A stretch of DNA of 64,000 nt from Pseudomonadota bacterium (GTDB lineage: Bacteria > Bdellovibrionota > Bdellovibrionia > Bdellovibrionales > SG-bin7). Where the stretch lies: positions 147,435 to 211,434 of the forward strand of contig JAWXAY010000029.1 in the NCBI GenBank assembly GCA_034439715.1, in the 5' to 3' direction. This document shows positions 59,071 through 64,000 of this stretch, one piece after another. The translations under genes and the position numbers were made by a program. Within the stretch, counting starts at the first letter, position 1; each line of letters starts with the position of its first letter. The notes under the pieces are model-generated. The model was given only the letters and a program-made list of their open reading frames with translations. It was not told the origin of the DNA and ran no database searches.

Positions 59071-59148
59071 ATAGTTAGCATTTAAGCTAATTATAACGTT
59101 AAAACTTAATATATTAAATATATAAAATTAGTGCGAAGCGTTATATAG

Positions 59149-59165
59149 TTGGTTTGCTTATTGCT
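59149..59165 (+). promoter_or_regulatory. sigma54-type promoter
   Basis: TTGGTTTGCTTATTGCT (GG-N10-GC) 24 nt upstream of ATG 59190. Confidence 0.6.
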
Positions 59166-59189
59166 TTAACCATTAACCAGGAGGAACAA

Positions 59190-60038
59190 ATGTTATCTAA
59201 ACTATTAAAAGTGAGCCTTTTCGGCATTTTTTGTCTTAATGTAAGCTTAGTGTACGCCCAAAGTGACGTTGAAATCTCAAGCCAACTTAACGCCAATAAA
59301 GAGGGCGGCGATGGCGGGGGCGGCGGTGACCGATACGTTGAAGTTTTTTTTAAGGTCGCTACGACGGCAATAGATAATCTAAAACTTCATACGGAATTTG
59401 CAAAAATTTCGGAGCAAGTTGAAAATCTTTACTTATCCCCGCCTGTAATTAGTTTGGTGGACACACTCATTGATTGTAAGGGCAACGAAATTAAGGAAGC
59501 TGGCCAATACGCACAGGCTTGTAAAGGTCGCATTCAATTAATAAAAAATCTTTGGTCGGGCTGGCTATCAAATGAATATACGGCACTCCCTCAGGTAGAT
59601 CGGATTTTTCATGAAGTTTTGAGAGTTACGTCCTTTGCCAAAAGCGCAGTCACAAACGATGAAGGATATATCACCACCCACAAGGTGCTTCGAGTTACAG
59701 ATCTTATTACGAATCCAAACTGTGAACGAGTTCACGAAACTGAGTTTAGTGGATCAGGGTGGTTAACTAACAAATCTGAATGGTACACTCTTTCCATGGC
59801 ACCTTATTCAGATATAGGCGCTCAAAATTTCATGGATCGTTGTAAGATGGGTATATTCCTAGGAGCGGAAATGGATTTATACATAGAATCACTTAATAAG
59901 TGCCAAAAGACTGCTACTAAATTTGCGTTCTTTAGAAAACCCAAAGACGACGTGGTTTATAAGTGGCAGGGTCTTGATACGATGAAGTTCTTGCTCTCAC
60001 GCAAGTGTGTTCATGACGAAAAGGCGCTTTCTAATTAA
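59190..60038 (+). CDS. Hypothetical secreted protein with GGDGGGGGD motif
   Basis: AGGAGG RBS; signal peptide ending VYA|Q; IFHE metal-binding-like motif. Confidence 0.75.
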   Translation: MLSKLLKVSLFGIFCLNVSLVYAQSDVEISSQLNANKEGGDGGGGGDRYVEVFFKVATTAIDNLKLHTEFAKISEQVENLYLSPPVISLVDTLIDCKGNEIKEAGQYAQACKGRIQLIKNLWSGWLSNEYTALPQVDRIFHEVLRVTSFAKSAVTNDEGYITTHKVLRVTDLITNPNCERVHETEFSGSGWLTNKSEWYTLSMAPYSDIGAQNFMDRCKMGIFLGAEMDLYIESLNKCQKTATKFAFFRKPKDDVVYKWQGLDTMKFLLSRKCVHDEKALSN

Positions 60039-60075
60039 TAAAGCTATCCAAGTAAGACTTTAAGTCTATAAAATC

Positions 60076-62010
60076 ATGCTGATGTTCCGAAAATGGCGTG
60101 CTGTTTTTCTTAATTTTAGGGCCTATCGAAAGGAGACTCGGAGTAAAAGCCAGTTAGACTCCCTGTTCTCCGTTTTAGGCCCCAAGCAATCTCTAGAAGA
60201 GACTGTGATTTGGCTTGTGAAACTTGGGGTGTGGCTTCGAGACAACGATGAGTCAGCTGAACAGTGGCCCGTACGTAGCCGGTTTTTATTCCAGGTCCTA
60301 GAACGAAATCCCGAATGGAACAATAACTTTAAAACCACGCTACCGAGAATATTTTCGCAAATTCAAATTCTTGACCTTCTTTGTGAAAGTGGCCTCCCTC
60401 TAGAACGTGGTCTTTGGCCCGAACTCTGGGACCGCATAATTGCCAATCTCTTGCCTCAGAAACCTTTACTCCAAGACTCAAGTCTTCTTCTGGAAGAAAT
60501 TTTTCCGGCAGGAACTGAGTTAGAAATTCTTGAGTCGACTGATCTCTTGCCTTGGATGAATCTTTTAGCAGAATCAATGATGCATACGAAACCTGATCTA
60601 GAAGAGGCCTTCGTATTTCTTATCAGCCAGGCTCGAGCCATGGCACTTCATCCCTCGCTCAGTAAACGAATGAATGCCAAAAGACTTCGCGATCTTCCTT
60701 GGTATTCTCTGACTTCAGAGGCGGAGCAATTTCTGGTAAATAAAGAAACTGAAAAAATCGGTGTTCTCCTTCGCGAATGCCAAATAAGTATCGAAGGTAT
60801 TTATTCGCACCTTCGAGAATATGGAGTAAGTACAGATTTGGTGTTTCGACTAGAAAAATTAAAACTTTTTCTTTCGAGGCTTTTTCTTTTGATTCCGGTA
60901 CTACAAAATCCATCAGAGTCGTCCATCAAAGCGCTTTGGATCCACCTCATTGACCTTAATCAAAAAAAACGTGGAATCCGCGCCCTATACCGCCAATCCA
61001 GCCAATTGCTTTCGCAGAAAATAGTAGAAAAAAACTCTGAAACCGGTGATCACTATATCGCCCGAAACGTTAAAGAGCGAAGGGACCTCTTTAAAAAAGC
61101 TTCAGGTGGAGGGTTTGTTACAGCATTTACAGTTTACGGAAAATTTTGGATTTTGACTTTTGCGCTTTCGCCCTTCTTATCAGGTTTTGTGACTTCTGTG
61201 AATTATTCGCTGAGCTTTTTAATGCTCCAAATGTTAGGTTGGACCTTAGCCACTAAACAGCCCGCCAATACGGCATCTACGATAGCGTTGCAATTAAAAG
61301 ATCTGCATCGGCCAGAAAAACTACAAGCGCTCACTGACGAAATTTTTTGTTTGTTTCGCTCCCAGACTTTGGCGGCGTTGGGAAATATTATGCTTGTGAT
61401 TCCGACGGCGCTCGCGCTGACATATGCCTATTGGTGGCTTACCGGTCAGCACGTTTTAACTCTCGAGCAAGCCCATCATAGTAGGGAAGCTGTTATTCCC
61501 AATTTTACTACTTTACTATTTGCCGCATGGACAGGAGTTTTATTGTGGCTCTCAAGTTTAATTGCTGGCTGGTTTGATAACTGGTGTACTTACCGGGAGA
61601 TTTCACTTCGAATACAGCAAAACACAGCTTTGAGAAAAATTATAAGTCCGCAGGCTGCCGAAAAATCAGCTCATTGGGTGAAACATCAACTACCCGCCGT
61701 CGTATCAAATGTTTCTTTGGGTTTTCTATTAGGTCTGAGTCCTGCTATTTTGGGTTTTTTTAGTATTCCCCTAGAAGTGAGACACGTAACTTTGTCTACA
61801 GGCAGTCTGGCGGCTTCGATTCCGATATTAGGAAATGAATTTTTGCATAGCTGGGCACCACTTTGGGCGATCATTGGAATTCTTTGGATTGGAATCTTAA
61901 ATTTAGGATTCAGTTTTTGGCTGGCTTTCAACATTGCTCTGAAAGCACAAAATGTGAATAAGACCCAAAGACGGCGCATTTTTAGAGTGCTACTTAAAGA
62001 GATCTTCTAG
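60076..62010 (+). CDS. Gcr/'site-specific recombinase' family multi-pass membrane protein
   Basis: GVSTDLVF, ETGDHYI, TLATKQPA and LEVRHVTLSTG motifs. Confidence 0.85.
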   Translation: MLMFRKWRAVFLNFRAYRKETRSKSQLDSLFSVLGPKQSLEETVIWLVKLGVWLRDNDESAEQWPVRSRFLFQVLERNPEWNNNFKTTLPRIFSQIQILDLLCESGLPLERGLWPELWDRIIANLLPQKPLLQDSSLLLEEIFPAGTELEILESTDLLPWMNLLAESMMHTKPDLEEAFVFLISQARAMALHPSLSKRMNAKRLRDLPWYSLTSEAEQFLVNKETEKIGVLLRECQISIEGIYSHLREYGVSTDLVFRLEKLKLFLSRLFLLIPVLQNPSESSIKALWIHLIDLNQKKRGIRALYRQSSQLLSQKIVEKNSETGDHYIARNVKERRDLFKKASGGGFVTAFTVYGKFWILTFALSPFLSGFVTSVNYSLSFLMLQMLGWTLATKQPANTASTIALQLKDLHRPEKLQALTDEIFCLFRSQTLAALGNIMLVIPTALALTYAYWWLTGQHVLTLEQAHHSREAVIPNFTTLLFAAWTGVLLWLSSLIAGWFDNWCTYREISLRIQQNTALRKIISPQAAEKSAHWVKHQLPAVVSNVSLGFLLGLSPAILGFFSIPLEVRHVTLSTGSLAASIPILGNEFLHSWAPLWAIIGILWIGILNLGFSFWLAFNIALKAQNVNKTQRRRIFRVLLKEIF

Positions 62011-62017
62011 AAGTATC

Positions 62018-62608
62018 CTAATTTGTCTCCCCGTCCTCATCACCAAAAATTTCTTTGCTGAGTTCAGCACGTAGGACCGGCGCAAGTTCTCCAAAAAAAC
62101 CAACCATGGGATTTCGACTTTGTGGAGCCATAGTTTCGATGAACATCAAAAACATATTCATCCAGAAGTGTGGCTTTTGATAAAAGGGATTTTTGGCATT
62201 AAATTTCTCTTTGCCATAAGTCTTAAGCCACCAATTCATCCACTTGACAAATTTTTTCTCGGCATCCACTCGCAGTTTTGCCACAGTGAGTGACAGGTGA
62301 TGAAAAATAAATGTCGGTAGCGCCACTCCAAAAACCAAAGTTAACAGTGCAATCAAAAGTAACTGGTTTATAGAAGTTCCAACTTGGCGCACTGAAGGCT
62401 CGAGTTTTTCACGAATTTGACTCTCAAGCTCAGGGACTTTAGCCTCTTTTGCCAAAATTATTATTTCGTCTATATTTTGTTGGGCTATTTTTTGGTTTTT
62501 AGAATAAGTAAATCCCGATACCATTGCCCATGAAAATATCGCGGCATTTACAAAAAAAAGTACCATAAGGAAGGATTTGAAAAAAAGGAAACGCCTATAG
62601 AGACCCAC
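62018..62608 (-). CDS. Hypothetical two-TM membrane protein
   Basis: 196-aa ORF with two hydrophobic segments; GGAAGG RBS. Confidence 0.65.
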   Translation of the reverse strand: MGLYRRFLFFKSFLMVLFFVNAAIFSWAMVSGFTYSKNQKIAQQNIDEIIILAKEAKVPELESQIREKLEPSVRQVGTSINQLLLIALLTLVFGVALPTFIFHHLSLTVAKLRVDAEKKFVKWMNWWLKTYGKEKFNAKNPFYQKPHFWMNMFLMFIETMAPQSRNPMVGFFGELAPVLRAELSKEIFGDEDGETN

Positions 62609-62619
62609 TTAAACCTTCC

Positions 62620-62712
62620 TCAATTTACATAACCCCAGTTTTGATAAACCAGCAAAAGGCTGCCGATAATCAACACCAATATTAAAAACGTGTTTTTTAG
62701 CTCATGACTCAA
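62620..62712 (-). CDS. Small 30-aa single-TM protein (not in the ORF track)
   Basis: TTG start after GAGGTG; MSHELKNTFLILVLIIGSLLLVYQNWGYVN. Confidence 0.5.
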   Translation of the reverse strand: MSHELKNTFLILVLIIGSLLLVYQNWGYVN

Positions 62713-62736
62713 GAGCACCTCGTATCTCGTTAGAAT

Positions 62737-62763
62737 TTATCGGGTTTATGCAATAATACCTGA
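62737..62763 (-). promoter_or_regulatory. sigma28 (FliA)-type promoter
   Basis: TCAG-N15-CCCGATAA on the minus strand. Confidence 0.55.
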
Positions 62764-62821
62764 GAAAGATTACCTCTCCAAAAGTTGCTATCGCCAGACA
62801 AAGCAGGTATATGATTTAAAC

Positions 62822-63173
62822 GGAATTACAGACAATCACTGACTCGCAAGAGCCAGAGGAAAGTCCGGGCTCCAATTGGCAACGCATGGGGTAACGCCCC
62901 TCCGCCGTAAGGCGAGGAACAGTGGAACAGAGAGAAGGTCCAGGGCTATGAGCCAGATGTCGGGAACGGGAGACATTTGGGGAGCTGCTGGAGTGAAAAC
63001 AGCAAAACTCTGCGTGGAGCAAGATCAAATAGGGAAGCGTATAAGTGTGGCCAGCATGAGGCTTCCGGGTAAGGTCGCTAAAGAAACTGAGTAATTAGTT
63101 TCGTAGAGGAATGATTGTCATTGAGGAGAAGTGTCACGCTCGCCTCAAACAGAACCCGGCTTACAGTAATTCC
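62822..63173 (+). ncRNA. rnpB: RNase P RNA (type A)
   Basis: GAGGAAAGTCCGGGCT and AACAGAACCCGGCTTA universal motifs; P1 GGAATTAC/GTAATTCC. Confidence 0.96.
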
Positions 63174-63186
63174 TAATGTGATATTT

Positions 63187-63214
63187 GTGGGGGAGCAATC
63201 CCCCACCTTTTTTT
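63187..63214 (+). terminator. Rho-independent terminator of rnpB
   Basis: GTGGGGGA-gcaa-TCCCCCAC followed by a T-run. Confidence 0.85.
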
Positions 63215-63215
63215 C

Positions 63216-64000
63216 TTAAAGTTTTTGACTGAATACGACTAGTTCTTTGCCAATTCTTTCAGGAGGCGAATTTGGGGTTCGTGTCCAGTATAAAAATCGA
63301 AAATGTTTTTTTAATCTTTGCTCAATTTCCCACTCGCTACCGCCATATGGTGGTCCAATTGATTTTGGCATAACAAAAAATATTCCGAGAATATTTCCAC
63401 CTGGCGCTAGTAACCTTCGCCAGATTTTAACCAATTCGTTTCTTCGAGTTGGACTGATGGCGCAAAAGCAGGTGTGTTCAAATATCAAATCAAAACTCTC
63501 AATCCACTCTTTAGGTAAATTGAAAACGTCGTGTTCAAGAAACGTCAAATTTTTAATTTGACCATATTTCTTTTTAGCTCGCGAAAGTGCTTCAGCGCTA
63601 AAATCAACTGCCGTCACGATATGGCCATGCTCGGCAAAAAAGGCGGCGTCATTGCCTGTGCCACAACCTAAAACTAACACTCTCAACTTCATCAACTTTA
63701 ATTGGGGCAAACTACTCACCAGTGCCGGCGAAGGCGCCTCAAGTTCCCACCCGGGTACTTCGGTTTTATAAATATTGGTCCAAAATTCACTTTGATCGAG
63801 ATCCTCTCGCTCTGAAAAATAGGCAGGTACTTCGAAAGTTTTGCCAGCAACAGTAATGGTAGTATCCGTAAATTTCTCAAGAAGATTAAAAAACTCAGCC
63901 TGAGCTTTTCGCGAAAATACAAAGGGAATATTCGCTTCAGTTCTTCCGTGAAATCGATCCCATTCATCTAAGGTCAGATTTTCAGGCTGAAAGGATTGCA
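63216..64000 (-). CDS. TPMT-like SAM-dependent methyltransferase with N-terminal extension (5' end outside window)
   Basis: Frame open to the window edge; FW..IY...GWEL..PSP, VLGCGTGNDA, FEHTCFCAI and GPPYG motifs. Confidence 0.85.
   Translation of the reverse strand, partial: QSFQPENLTLDEWDRFHGRTEANIPFVFSRKAQAEFFNLLEKFTDTTITVAGKTFEVPAYFSEREDLDQSEFWTNIYKTEVPGWELEAPSPALVSSLPQLKLMKLRVLVLGCGTGNDAAFFAEHGHIVTAVDFSAEALSRAKKKYGQIKNLTFLEHDVFNLPKEWIESFDLIFEHTCFCAISPTRRNELVKIWRRLLAPGGNILGIFFVMPKSIGPPYGGSEWEIEQRLKKHFRFLYWTRTPNSPPERIGKELVVFSQKL

Noticed and set aside
60076..62010. 'Site-specific recombinase' as the integrase of the tRNA island
   Set aside because: It is a multi-TM Gcr-family protein with no tyrosine or serine recombinase motifs, and it lies outside the repeats
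62816..63094. ORFs 62816-63028 (-) and 62876-63094 (+)
   Set aside because: Both overlap the RNase P RNA gene; spurious
63716..63967. Separate 83-aa ORF or apparent frameshift upstream of the methyltransferase
   Set aside because: The methyltransferase frame is open to the window edge, so this ORF is an off-frame shadow

Overview
Bacterial chromosomal window that looks like Bdellovibrionota, inferred from a DUF4423/TIGR02147 protein, vWA lipoproteins, atypical prepilins and sigma54/sigma28 promoters. Core content: a split menaquinone cluster (menF-D, menB-A-C-E, polyprenyl synthase, a second UbiA-family gene, menG), a shikimate pathway (aroF, aroB, aroA, a fused aroK-aroD-aroE, aroC), ung, pdxH, tadA, rpsU-yqeY-dnaG-rpoD, tRNA-Ile2(CAU) and RNase P RNA. 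Envelope genes include a ~2300-aa lipoprotein adhesin with 22 Ig-like repeats and a vWA tip, a short vWA paralogue and three atypical pilins. The most striking accessory element is a 3.5-kb island with no integrase, flanked by a direct repeat of the tRNA-Ile2 3' half. It holds one apparent operon: abiEi-abiEii (type IV toxin-antitoxin), a lipoprotein with a thioester-like motif pair and a Wnt/lipocone-like effector domain, and a small putative immunity protein, all behind twin palindromic operators. Next to it lie a decayed second TA toxin, a frameshifted YoaK gene, and a DUF4423 HTH gene facing a sigma54 promoter. All family assignments come from reading motifs by eye; no database search was run.
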